Positions 1 to 11,039 of a DNA stretch of 64,000 nucleotides are shown in pieces. How positions within the stretch are numbered: position 1 is the first letter of the stretch; each line of letters begins with the position of its first letter. Position numbers and translations under genes: made by a program. The DNA is taken from positions 60,078,001 to 60,142,000 of the forward strand of contig NC_045704.1 of assembly GCF_009834535.1 (NCBI RefSeq), read 5' to 3'. The stretch is from Camelus ferus. Lineage: Eukaryota. The notes beneath the pieces are model-generated. The model was not told where the DNA came from. It did no database searches and worked only from the letters and a program-made list of their open reading frames with translations.

Positions 1-789
1 GTGGCTACAGCCCAGCCAGCACAGGCGAGCCCTGAGGAGCCCACCCTAGAGATGGCGCAAGTAAGACTGAGATGAAATTACCAGTCCACAGCCAAGGTCC
101 CCTTGGAGCTAGGCTGACCCAGATGCTAGGGTCAGATTGCTTTTAGGGAAGCTGGAAGGATATCAGAAAGACTGGACTTTTCCATCTTCATGTGACACTC
201 TGGGAAGTTCCCGTGCCTCAATTTACCTAAATATATTCTCCAGCCAGGCTGAGTTCCTTCTAGTAGAAATTACCTGCAGAGGACTAGTAAAGTAGATTGT
301 CACTGTTTTTTCTTTTTTTTTTTAAATCTATAAAGTCCGCAAATAGGACCAGTCACTGGTGGTTAGTAATTGGAGGACCAGTAGACCTGGGGTTCCCCAC
401 TTGAATAAGCATCAAAATTATTATTGTTAAAAATAACAGAGGCCCAGGCCCAACCTAAGCTACTGAATCACCAGCATTTTATTTTTTGCAGCCACTCTGA
501 CCGCTTCTCAGAAAGTCCACGCTCTGGGAAAGGCAGAGCGGAAGGTAGAGGTCACACAACCCCAGCAGGGGTGCCTGCAGCACAGAGCTCGCTTTCCGCC
601 TCACAGCGGAGGTTCCAGCAGGCCGGGGAGAGTCACTTACATATGTAGTTGCTTCATATGTTTGCTTCCTTTTCCCTCATCCATCAAGACTGTACTCACC
701 CATTGAATCAATTGGCTTAGTGATATAAATTTTTTTCAATGTAAGTGGTATGGGCGATACGGAGAAACGGTCAACGTCTTCATGAAGCT

Positions 790-990
790 TACTAAGTGTG
801 CATTTCATCAGTTCTAAAATGCACTTTTTCCACACTTTAACACCTCAGAAATGGAATTGGGCATAACATTGAATGTGTCTGAGCATTTGTTACGATGTAA
901 CTGAGAATGTTTTTTCTTTCTTATGGTTTAGGAATAATGGTGCCAGTTAAAATCAGTAGTTATCTTCAAATTGATGAAATATGGTAGTGG
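790..990. mobile_element. Non-autonomous DNA transposon relic (TcMar/Tigger-like MITE)
   Basis: Imperfect terminal inverted repeats: catttcatcagttctaa ... ttcaaattgatgaaatatgg. Confidence 0.5.
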
Positions 991-1084
991 GAAAAGGAAC
1001 AACACACTTACATAAACAGGTAGCTGGCAAGAGCTTTGCTCATGCTTCTCCCTCTGCATGAGTAGTTCTGCACTTCTGCTTCAT

Positions 1085-1385
1085 CAGTTCTACTAACCAA
1101 TTACAACTCAATTCAAATGCCACCTCCTCCAGGAAGCCTTCTGTGTCACCCCAGCCCCACTACCCAATCTGGATTCCAAGTTCTTCCTTTGGGCCCCTGT
1201 GCTGGCCTCTAATGTATGCTTATCATGCTGTGTTACATTTATCCTGTTATCAGTCCACCCCTCCCCCAACTAGATGGTGAGCACCTTGAAAGCAAAGATG
1301 CAAGGTACACCTCTGTGCTCCTAGTACCTGGCACAGAGCCTGGTTTACAGCAGAAGTTCAATAAATGTTTGTTGAATGAGTAAAT
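1085..1385 (+). mobile_element. L2 LINE 3' end
   Basis: caaatgccacctcctccaggaagcctt ... cctggcacagagcctgg ... caataaatgtttgttgaatga is the typical L2 terminus. Confidence 0.8.
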
Positions 1386-1699
1386 TCTAAAGGGTTGGAT
1401 AGTTACAGGCCATAGATGTTCTGACCCATATGTGAGACCACAGGATTTCAGAAGAAAGGCAGAGTGCAGGGCTGGAAAGGCTGAGGAGGGCTTCTGGGAG
1501 GCAATGGGTTAGGAGCCATTCTGGCGGGATGGCTGGTGGACTCAGGGCTGCAGGGAGAAATGAAGACGTGGGCAGCGCTAAGACCTTCATTTCTCTTACT
1601 AGGTGTAGATCTGTGGTGACTGTCACTTGACTGGATTTTGTGTTTAATTTCAGGAAGCTGTGGGCCTCAACAACATTCAACATTATTCTTAATAATTAA

Positions 1700-1920
1700 C
1701 TCTAGGTGCTAAAACAATAGATGCTCAGGTTCAGAGAAAAGAGCAGTTCAACCCTCACTGAGTTCTCACAGGAAGTCCTGAATACACATAGATTTTGTGG
1801 TTTAGACCTCAGAGCTTCCTGCCAGAGCTTTACAAGCTTTAGCAAGTCTAAGCAGCCAGGAGAAGGCGGGCGGATGGGACCACAAACAACATGGTACCAA
1901 CATTTCAAAGCAGGTGCCTT
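1700..1920. promoter_or_regulatory. Candidate CD2 3' T-cell enhancer (LCR core homolog)
   Basis: Cluster of AACAATA (SOX, 1713-1719), CAGGAAGT (ETS, 1769-1776), TGTGGTT (RUNX, 1796-1802), CTTCCTG (1815-1821), ACCACAA (1879-1885), TTCAAAG (TCF/LEF, 1904-1910) and CAGGTG (1911-1916), 0.55-0.8 kb past the polyA signal. Confidence 0.6.
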
Positions 1921-2487
1921 CTTACCATCTATTGATTTAGAACCTCAACTGTAAACTGTTTTTTTTTTTTCTCCCCCACTTCCCCCAAAGTACAGCTAGC
2001 ATGACTGCTTGGTGCTGGTGGGGTCTGACCTTTTAATAATGGTCATTTAAGACTTGGGATTTGATTCAACTGAGTTGTCTCTTAGCTTGCCCTTCTGTAC
2101 ATTGTCTGGGAGGCTCACAGAACCTCCAGTGTTCATGGAGTCCCCTCTTTTGAAGGAGAGGTCTACAGATCACTGTGATCACGTCTGAGCAGTCAAGGAA
2201 ATGAGACCCAAACAGTTATGGTTTCTGGTGTTTCTCGTTGAAGTTTGCTCATAAAGGATTTCAATTCATTATATAAATCTACCAATAGGTTGTGGGTCCA
2301 GCTTTGCAGCTGAGACCTGGGGAGTGGAGTCTGGTTGTTCTAGTGGGGATTAAGGTGGCCCAGTTAAATTGGGGTGACCCAATTTGATCCTGCTGTCACA
2401 CCCCACTAACCAGTCTCTTTTGCATTCAGCAGCTGGATGCTGGGCTCCTTTCTAACAATGAGTAAACACTGGGGTCAAGTCAAGGCT

Positions 2488-2493
2488 TTTATT
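2488..2493 (-). other. CD2 polyadenylation signal AATAAA
   Basis: AATAAA on the minus strand ~460 nt past the stop codon. Its use as the signal is inferred from position. Confidence 0.7.
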
Positions 2494-2949
2494 TCACTTC
2501 TATTCCTGAGACAGTGAGCAGCTGTCCATCAGGCACATAAGAAACCCAATAGTGTCCCAAACAGGCAGGCTGCTCGCAGGGAGACACAGGCACAGCGACC
2601 GCTTGACATCTGACACCTGCACGTGGTCTGAGGCGATCTCTAGGATTTTGTACTCAGTCACTGATCATCCTAATATTTGCATTTTTATTTTTCTCTTCCT
2701 GGTGTGGTAGAGGTCTGTGTGGAGGCCAGAGATGCCAGACGTCAGATCACGTGGCTGAGTCAGAAGGTGCAGACATGATAGTGGCTCCTGAGCTTGGGAG
2801 CTGGCGATCAGGGTCTACTCATAGAACACCCGTGATGGAAGTGCGGGCGTGCACATCTGGAGTGGAGAAATTCCACAGTGCCTTCTCCGAGAAAGGACCA
2901 TTCCTATTGCTTTTCATTAGAAGAAGGTGACAACTGAGTCAGGAGACAG

Positions 2950-3273
2950 TTACACGTTTTCTTCGGCTTCACGGAGAGGTTTAGATTGAACTCGAGGCTT
3001 GGGGAGGGGAGGGCCTTTTTGCTGGTGACCTTGTGTTCCTGGGGTAGGAGGAGGCCTCTTTTTCTGTGCGTGCTGGCACACGGGGGCCAGGAGGCCCGGG
3101 ACGATGAGCAGGTGCCTGGGGGCGATGAGCAGGTGTTTGGGGACGATGGCCAGGTGTTGGAGGAGTTTGGGACATGGCTGGATTTGGAGGAGTTGAACCT
3201 GGAATTTGGTAGGACTTCCGTCCCCTTTCCTCGGCGGGGGTCACTCTGTTCACTCCTGTCTCCAGCTCCTCAT
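2950..3273 (-). CDS. CD2: CD2 exon 5 (proline-rich cytoplasmic tail); apparent +1 frameshift at 3075-3076
   Basis: Acceptor ttattgttgcag|AT; starts DEELETGVNRV...ERGRK. As assembled the frame stops at 2983-2981 (337-aa protein ending ASSSI). Removing one base at 3075-3076 gives QHAQKKRPPPTPGTQGHQQKGPPLPKPRVQSKPLREAEENV with a stop at 2952-2950 (347 aa), matching the CD2 tail. Confidence 0.93.
3098..3160. repeat. Coding 21-bp tandem repeat (3 copies) in CD2 exon 5
   Basis: gggacgatgagcaggtgcctg / ggggcgatgagcaggtgtttg / gggacgatggccaggtgttgg. Confidence 0.85.
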
Positions 3274-6200
3274 CTGCAACAATAAAAACCTCTGAAGAGT
3301 TTTCTTGAAAAGATATGATCAAGATCAATGCAACTATTTACTGAGCATGCCTCCTATGTACAAGGTGTCATGCCAGCTACTCTGGTGCACGCGATGAGGA
3401 AGCAGAAGCCACCTCTACCCTCCAGAGATTCCAGGTCTTGCAGGGGAGACAGAAATGCCCACCTATCAAGGGAGAGTGAGAGTCCAAGGCTTTAGAGAAC
3501 TCAGGGAGCCAAAGGCGAGATGTGTGAAAGGCTTTAGGTCTCTCGAGAACAAAGTGGGCACCCAGACCCCAGAGCCCTGACTCCAAGTCACCCCAGGGGC
3601 CACACCTTGAGAGCACCTCAGGGTTCTAGCCCTTGTCATGGGACCTAAGTAGTCAGAGAAGACATTGTCAACTACCTGCCTTCAGGTGGGTCTTTCTGTT
3701 AGATCTGCCTTTCCCCCAGTTCTCCTGTAATGTGACCCACATTCATTCTGGTGAGGGGTTGGGTTATATGCAAGGAGTTTTTAGTTCTTAGAAACAATAG
3801 TTTCCCAGAAATTCATAAGCAAGCGCAGTCCTCTTGGGCTTGGAAAGAAAAGAATTCCTCCTCTGGTCACCCCTCTGGGATTTTCTGCTTTCTGTGATGG
3901 CAGTCCATGAAGACAGGCCCACGACTCACAGTAATGTAATTTTTCCTTTGCTGTTTTAAAATGACACAGGAAATCTGTGTAGATTCTCAGATGCTCTAAG
4001 CCTGGAGGTTCCCGCTGGCCCGCTGGCCCTCTGGCCTCCGTTGGGCTACAGGTTGGGTAATCTGGTCCCTGTGCCCAAAGCCATCATTGCAGTGCTCCGG
4101 AGAAAGCTCGGAAGAGGGGCTCTCCCGGGGTGCATGAACCGCTGCTCACGTTGGTGCAGGGGTGTGAGGCTTAGGAAGCACACGCCCGCTCTGAGCATCG
4201 TCCTGCAACTTTGGGTGCTAATGCCAGTTCAGACGGCCTCTTTCAACTGCTAGAAATCCAGGCCTGGGGGCTTTAAATCTGAAGACTCAAAGTCAAACGT
4301 TGTGGTTTTGATGTGGAGAGGCTGGTGTGCTCGAAGCACAAAAGTAAAATGCACAGAAAGGGAGAAACAGTTTCTGTGCCACCTTTGGTGCCTCCAGGTA
4401 GCAGAGGTCAGGCCAGGAGGCCCCAGGAGAGGGCTCTGGCAATCCCAGTTCCCAGCTGCAGGGCAGCGGGCGGTCCTTTTGCATCTCCATACGGCAAGCT
4501 TGGGCTGGCCGTTTGCTTACTCTTCTGTTCACCCACTGTTTTGTTCATTTGGTTTTTGAACATTTTCCCCCCATCTTCTAGGTGTTAGGTGCCTGTTGCT
4601 AAGTGGCAGTGATGGCTCAGACACAAGCATTGTCCTTAGGAAGCCAAGCAAGTGGCTGCAACGACCCGAGACTGCGAATCACAATGTCAGTCTCTGGTGA
4701 GGACCCAGGGCCACCAGAGAGGTGCAGACAAAGAGCCCCATGAGTTCTTGGAGGAGCGGGGTGTGGCCAACTGGCTGAGGCCTCAGGCTGGCTTGGCTCT
4801 GTGCAGCCTGCTGGGTCAGAGCAGGACGGGGGACCTGGAAGCCCATGCCTGCAACTTCAGCCCCTGCCCACATGGCTGCTTCGTGGAATTCCTCCAACCT
4901 CAGTGCTCTCCTCCCTCCCCATATCTCCTGGTTACTCAGCCCTGGGCCAGGACTAGATTGAAGCAAGCAGGCGCCCAGGGCACAAAACCAAAGAAGGCCT
5001 AACTCCTGGGGTTGTGCAAGGGCAGGGTCAACTCTGAGGGGGAAGATATCCTCAAGTTTTGCACCCTGAGCTCCAGGTTCACCTTACCCTCATCCTAACT
5101 CAGCCTCCTGGCCGTAGAATTTGGGGCACATCGTTTGACCTCATTGAATTAAACTTCTGTGTCTGAATGAATATTATCTATCTCATAAGGTCACTCAGAA
5201 AGTTGAGTGAGATAATGAATATAAAGAAATATATATATAATATAAATATATTACAGAGATCAGTGCCTGGTACAGCCAACTGCTTTGTCAACTTGAGCCA
5301 ATCATCACGCTGGCCAGTCAGCCTGGTGAAAGTAGAGATTGCCTTGTCTTAGGTGACATGCAAGGTCCACCTTGGAAGGATGCGTGATCTTTGACCATTA
5401 GGCAGAGAAGGAAAGAGCCTCTGCAGGGGGATGGGGGGCCGCGAACTGCCAGAGCAGGGCCCAGAAGTGAGGAGGCTGTGGGTGCCGATGGGTCTCCACC
5501 AACAATTCTGTTCCCCTGGAGCGGAGAGTGTGTGTGAGACGGTGGTGGAAGCGCGGGGCCATGCTGGGGGCAGGGGTGTAGCGGGACATGAGGCGGAGGG
5601 GCAGTGGCCTGAAAGAGACCTGGGGAAAGATGTCTAATTTGAGGAAGCCAGAGCCAAAGGTGGTTCAAGGCCACCACTGCCTGGGGAGGTTCAGACCAGG
5701 TCATTCTTTGGGTGGTCCCGGAGGCAGCTGGCAGGGACACACTGGGCCTGCTCCTGGGAGAGACCCCGTGTAGGGGACCCAGTCCTGCTGTGAATGGGAA
5801 CTTGCACAGAACCTGAGGGACCTGCCCACCTGGCCGCATGTCCTGATGATGGCTGGGCAACACTTGAAGGACCCAGCTGCAACATGGGGTCCCAGCACCC
5901 CCGCCATTGTCCCAGCACAAGAACACCATTATCCAAACATGCTGCCTTGGTTGGCCTGGATACCCCTTGAGCCAGCTCCCCACTTATGAACATAACATTT
6001 TCATTCTTGGTGGGTTGTCAGGCCTGATTCAAGGAAGAAACACTTGCAGCCCTAACATACCCCCTCGAACAGCCAATTGGAAAGGGGTATTAACATCCAG
6101 TTTGGGAACAAATGTATTCCTGTGAGTCCCCGGTGCCCTGAAATTTTACCTGTATTCCCAGGAGCTTGGTCCTCAACACATCTCGGCCACCCCCTCAGGA

Positions 6201-6566
6201 GAGGACGAGATGTTTGTTCATGGAAATGGAGTTTTGAAGCTAATCTTTTTGCCCACGTAGATATACGTGGTTCACTGGAAATCTGTCCACAGAGCCTCAC
6301 ACTGAGTCAGCCTCAGGTGGTGGATTCCAGTGAGGCCGCCTGGATTCAGCTTCTCAAAGCTCCCACATTGTCACCACCGAGAATTTGTTTTTCAAAAATC
6401 AAGCTAACCACAAAATGGAACAAACTGTAACCGCCAGTTACAGCCCTGACATTCTGAAACTACCCGTCTCCATTATTTTCTTTCCAGACTCTGAGCGCCA
6501 GCCCCATGAGTTGTTTCCACGGGGATTTCACGCGGGCCTGCAGGGGGACGGCAGGGGGGAGCTTAC

Positions 6567-6689
6567 CGTTTCTCCTACGGCTCTGTTTTTTCCTCTTGCT
6601 GATGTAGAAAATGAGTAGTGCCACAAAGACAAGGAAGACGGTGCCTCCTCCGCAAATGCCAATGATGAGATAGATATCCAGACCTTTCT
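6567..6689 (-). CDS. CD2: CD2 exon 4 (transmembrane segment)
   Basis: Acceptor cctcttgcag|AG, donor AACG|gtaagc, 123 nt. Encodes EKGLDIYLIIGICGGGTVFLVFVALLIFYISKRKKQSRRRN, near-identical to human CD2. Confidence 0.98.
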
Positions 6690-7394
6690 CTGCAAGAGGA
6701 ATGGACGTGGGATGGAAGGGGTGGTCCTGGGCAGAGGACCATTTCTCTGCTCTGGCCAAGGACTCTTGCCTCCTGCCGTTCAGATAAAAGAGCTCAATGT
6801 GACTTCTACTCTCACAGAGGCCAAGCTCACGGAGGCTGGTGGATTCTGTCACTGCCTGAAGGGGCACCGGGTCCAGGCTAAGCCCCTCCAAAGGCTCCTT
6901 GGAGGACTGCTCTCCTGGACCAGAGATGCCTGATTCTTCATGTGCCAAGGCGCTGTCCCCTGCCCCCTATCAGGGAGAACGTCACAGAAGTTTAGATCTG
7001 AGAAAGAGTTTAGAGACTAGTGTCACCTCTAGCTTTGCAGACAAGGCCCAGAGAGGGAGGATGAGTTGCCTGAGGCCACACTGTGTCCTTTCCTATGTGA
7101 TTCCTTTAAGCAGCCCCTCATCTCCATGTTCCTGAACTATTTATCCAGCTTCATTTCTGGCTGCCCTCCTACAGCATGATTTTTTTCCTCACCCTCTTGA
7201 CCAGACAGTTTCCAAAGACTTGGGGGACATGTTTCATGTGTCCAGCCCAGCTCTCTGACCACAGATTTTCCCCAAACTGTGAGAGAAACTCAGACACACA
7301 GTGAGTTAGCAGCAGGTGTTGACTAGACCGTCAGCCCACAGACCTTCAGTTGCCCTAATGCAGTGAGGATAACAATGACTTTGTGTTAAGAGAA

Positions 7395-7575
7395 ATGGCT
7401 CTGAGTGCAGGCTCTACTAGACAAGAGCTGTGTGACCTTTGGCAAGTTATTCTACCTCTCTGAGCCTGTTCCTTTCTTTGAAAAACGGAGATCATGCACT
7501 TAGATCACAGGTGACTGTTGGAAGTCAATCAGATAATGAATGTGAAAGTGCTTTGTAAACTGTAAAACTACACGC
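7395..7575. mobile_element. MIR SINE
   Basis: gctgtgtgacctttggcaagttattctacctctctgagcctg ... aatgtgaaagtgctttgtaaactgtaaa is the MIR core. Confidence 0.75.
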
Positions 7576-8564
7576 GAAGACAAGGGCCTGCTCTGACTAC
7601 AGCTCTGTGCACCGGCGTTTCTGGGAGCTGCTTCCCGGGAGGGGTGCTGGGCCGCCTGCCCCTTTGTGAGTCAACAGCAATCAGAGAGGCATCAGCTGGG
7701 GGCATGGGTCAGGGTGCTCGTACATCTGGAGAACAAATGGAGCTCAGCTCGGAGTCACAGGGAAACCCTTCTCTGGCCAAACGTTCCTAGGAAGATGCTG
7801 TTGCACGTGAAGCCAGGCCGGCCCAGGAGCAAGCCAGAGGCTCAGAAACCCAGCTACACAGATGTTCCGACGGCAGTGGTTTGTCGATCCTTGCTTTCTT
7901 TCCCAGGTCTCTCTCTGACCCAGAGACACAGCCTCTCTATGCGCTGTGGATGAAGGGGCTTCCCCTAGAGAAACAGGCATAATCCTAACCTTCTGTGAAG
8001 CTAGGCAGGGAACGGAAGGGGGGTCCCTTAGGCTCTGCCTGCTCGCAGGAAGGGCCAGGGCTGATGGCGGCCGCCTCGGGCTGAGCCGAGGACTTCCCGG
8101 GGTCTGGCCTAGAGGGCTGGGGGGCCCAGGGCCGGCCTCGGACAAGTTGGGAGCATCGGGCTAAGCCATGCAGCCACTTGCTCGTCTTCTCTGAGTCCTC
8201 AGACAGGGTGACCAAACCCTTATCTGGGCACCCTGGGGAATGTAGGACACAGTCTGGTCACAGGTGTGTCCAGCCAGGCCCTCCGGGTGCTTTCTGTGGG
8301 GGACGATCCAGTGTGTCTTGGACGGAGGCATCTGTGGCTCTGTCATTCAAAACTGTGTTCTCACAGTCGCTAAATCCAGCCACACTCCTTCCTGGACTCC
8401 TCCTTGGAGATAACGTGCCCGTGAATTTACATGGGGGAGTCCTTCCTGGGTGTCCAGACCTGTGCCTTCACCCTGGTATTTTGCTTCTAAGTTCATACTC
8501 GTCTCTTCTGAGCCAAGTGGTTAAGTCTTGTCATCGTCCTCTCTGCCTTGACCTCGGCCTTTTA

Positions 8565-8741
8565 TTTTTACTTTTAAAAATATTTTATTTATTCACTTTT
8601 TGTTTTGGTTTGTTGGGGGGGTAATTAGATTTGTTTGTTTGTTTGTTTGTTTGTTTATTGTAATGGAAGTGCTGGGGATTGAACCCAGGACCTCGTGCAT
8701 GTAAGCACACACTCTACCACTGAGCTGTACCCTCTCCCTGG
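8565..8741 (-). mobile_element. tRNA-Ala-derived SINE (camelid vic-1-like) with target-site duplication
   Basis: Reverse-complement A and B boxes, (TTTG)n-type tail, flanked by cctcggcctttta (8552-8564) and ccttggcctttta (8742-8754). Confidence 0.85.
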
Positions 8742-9008
8742 CCTTGGCCTTTTAGGATGAAACCCTTTAAGGGTCCTCAGGAGCAGCCTCATCCTCCCCA
8801 GCCTCCCCCTAAGTATTCCTCCCATCTGTCTAGTGGCTGTTTCTCAGGCTAGCTCCACTCTGCCCCACAGAATAAGGGACTTGAAGGTTCTAGGCGTCAA
8901 ACCTCGGCTTCCTTCAAAGCCCTTCCTCCCTCCGTCCAGCCCTACTGCGTGCGCATTCTTTTTTTTTTTTTTCCAACTGTTGGGATCTAATTAAAGTAAA
9001 CATGGAGT

Positions 9009-9143
9009 AGGGTTGGCAGCTAAAATACACAGGATGCCCAGCTAAGTCTGAATTAAACAATGAATAATTTTGAGTATAAGTATGTCCCACGCAACATTTG
9101 GAACATTTACACTGCCTTTTTATTTGCTAAATCTGGCAACTCT
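9009..9143. mobile_element. MER53-like hAT MITE
   Basis: ggttggcagctaaaatacacaggatgcccag ... agtataagtatgtccc ... tttgctaaatctggcaactct, with inverted ends. Confidence 0.7.
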
Positions 9144-9399
9144 AATCAAGGGCCTCCTGAAAGGGGACAAGAGCTTGAGTAGTCGAGAAGGGGCCGTTCA
9201 TTCACTGTGTCGTAGTGACGCGGTGTGGGGGGGACACAGGGATGACAGGTGGACGAACAGGAGGTGAGGGCATGCTGCTCTAAGTGTGTGACGGGCAGAC
9301 CCTAGGAGGGTCCCCATTGATCCCAGCCTCCTGGTCCTTCCCGCTGGGTGCAATCCCCCCCCCCCCCCGACTGAACGTGGGCTGGCCTTCCTGAGTGAC

Positions 9400-9760
9400 T
9401 GCTCGTGGACAGAACACAGCAGAAGTGACAGGATCTCTTCCGCTCCTGAGATTAAGCTGTAAAAGACCATGGCTTTTGTCTCGAGCACTTGCTGTCACTC
9501 TCGCTCTGGCTGCTCTGAGGGGAGCTGCTGCCACACTGGGAGGCGGCCTAGTGCCCCCCCCCCCCAGTAGTGCCTGCACCTGACGGATGTGGCTGCAGCC
9601 CCTGCCAGTATCTTGACTGCAGCTTCGGGGAAGACTGAGCCAGAACCATCCCACTAAATCACTCCCAGATTCAGGTCTCACCAAACCTGCGAGACAATAA
9701 CTGCTGGATGTTTTAAGCCGCTAAATATGGGGTCATTTGTTATGCAGCAGCTGGTAACTT
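9400..9760 (+). mobile_element. MLT1 (MaLR) solo LTR
   Basis: ttgactgcagc...gagccagaaccatcccactaa ... gttttaagccgctaaatatggggtcatttgttatgcagca is the MLT1 3' signature. Confidence 0.7.
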
Positions 9761-10808
9761 ACTCAGAATGTGCATAAAAAAGCCTTAATTCTGACTTCAC
9801 ACTAGCTCGGGCTGCCCCCTAGGGTCACTGACCAGACATAGTCGCTGTAGAAACTCAGGGCCTCTGGCCAAATAACTATTTTTTGTTCAGTTTTGCTTCA
9901 AGGGGACTGACAAGACAGCATTGGAAAAATAATCGCAGCGTATCAGATGAGTGACCTCTTGGGGTTCATAGGGCTTGTCTTCTGTGTGGACCAGAAGGCT
10001 GAAGCCTAGAGACGGGCAGAAACTCTGTCCAGGTCATCTGTTCCATTTGGACAGACCAGGATAGAAGTCTAGGCTTCTGGCTCCCAACCCAGAGCTGAGT
10101 TCTACAGCAGGCTGCCTCCCAAAAATTATTTCTGGGGGTCGTGCCAAGCTGGGGGTCCAGGGAAGAAGAACTGGTCCTGGAGTCAGGATTTCCTGGTGCT
10201 GGCACCAACGCCAGGCTGTCTGCTCTGAGGCAGGGAGAGCATTCCTACACTGGTTCACTGTCCTCCCTGCCCTCAAGCTCTTCCTCTCCCCAAGCCCCTA
10301 ACTCCCAGGGTTTCCACAACCTTTCTGCCCCCCGTCTCTGATAGGAGGTGCTGGCCATCTCCCATCCAGAAAGCAGTCTTTTTTGCTCCCTTCTCCATCG
10401 TTGCCCTAGGAGTCACAGTCATGGTCACTGACTAGCCGAGGGATCATGGGCAAGTCAGTTTGCCTCTCTGGGAAGTTTATCTCTGTAGGAGATAAACTTT
10501 TCAGCTCGTTTATCTCTCCCATTTGACAATTCTTTCTTCTAGAAGAGAATCTTCTGAGTTGCCTGAGTTTAAATTGCGCTCGGTGGGAGGACTCCCAAGA
10601 TGGGTAACCCCAGAACACTAACTCCTCTCTCCTCTAAGGCGTCCCTTGAAGGGTTCCAGGGGAAAGAGGTATACTTTCAGGTCTCATCCTGAGCCAAGGC
10701 TGCCTCCCAGCTCAAGCACCCATGCCCTGGAGCAGTCCGCTGCTGTGGGCCTGGAAGGCTGTGTTTGTGAAGTGAACTTAAGGTGTCTGCCCAGTGCCCA
10801 CTACGCAC

Positions 10809-11039
10809 CTGAACACCTGATGGGCATCGCGTTCGTTTCCTTGCTGACTTCGTTACTTGACACGCACTTGACGGATGCTTTCCATTTGGTGTTCCACTTG
10901 TATTTGATGATCTGCTGATCTTCCCTGACCTTGGACTCATTTATGTACAGTTCTAATTTAGAGCCATTTACTCTTGCTGCCTCACAGATCAGGGTTCTGT
11001 TGGTACAACTCCAGGAGATCACTGGTTTTGAGACCATCT
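10809..11039 (-). CDS. CD2: CD2 exon 3 (Ig C2-set domain D2)
   Basis: Acceptor tttgtttcag|AG, donor TCAG|gtgcgt, 231 nt, phase 1-1. Encodes EMVSKPVISWSCTNRTLICE...VKCVSSNEVSKE...IRCS with the four D2 cysteines. Confidence 0.97.

Noticed and set aside
6460-6948. 162-aa ORF as an independent membrane protein
   Set aside because: It is CD2 exon 4 with open intronic flanks; splice sites delimit 6567-6689.
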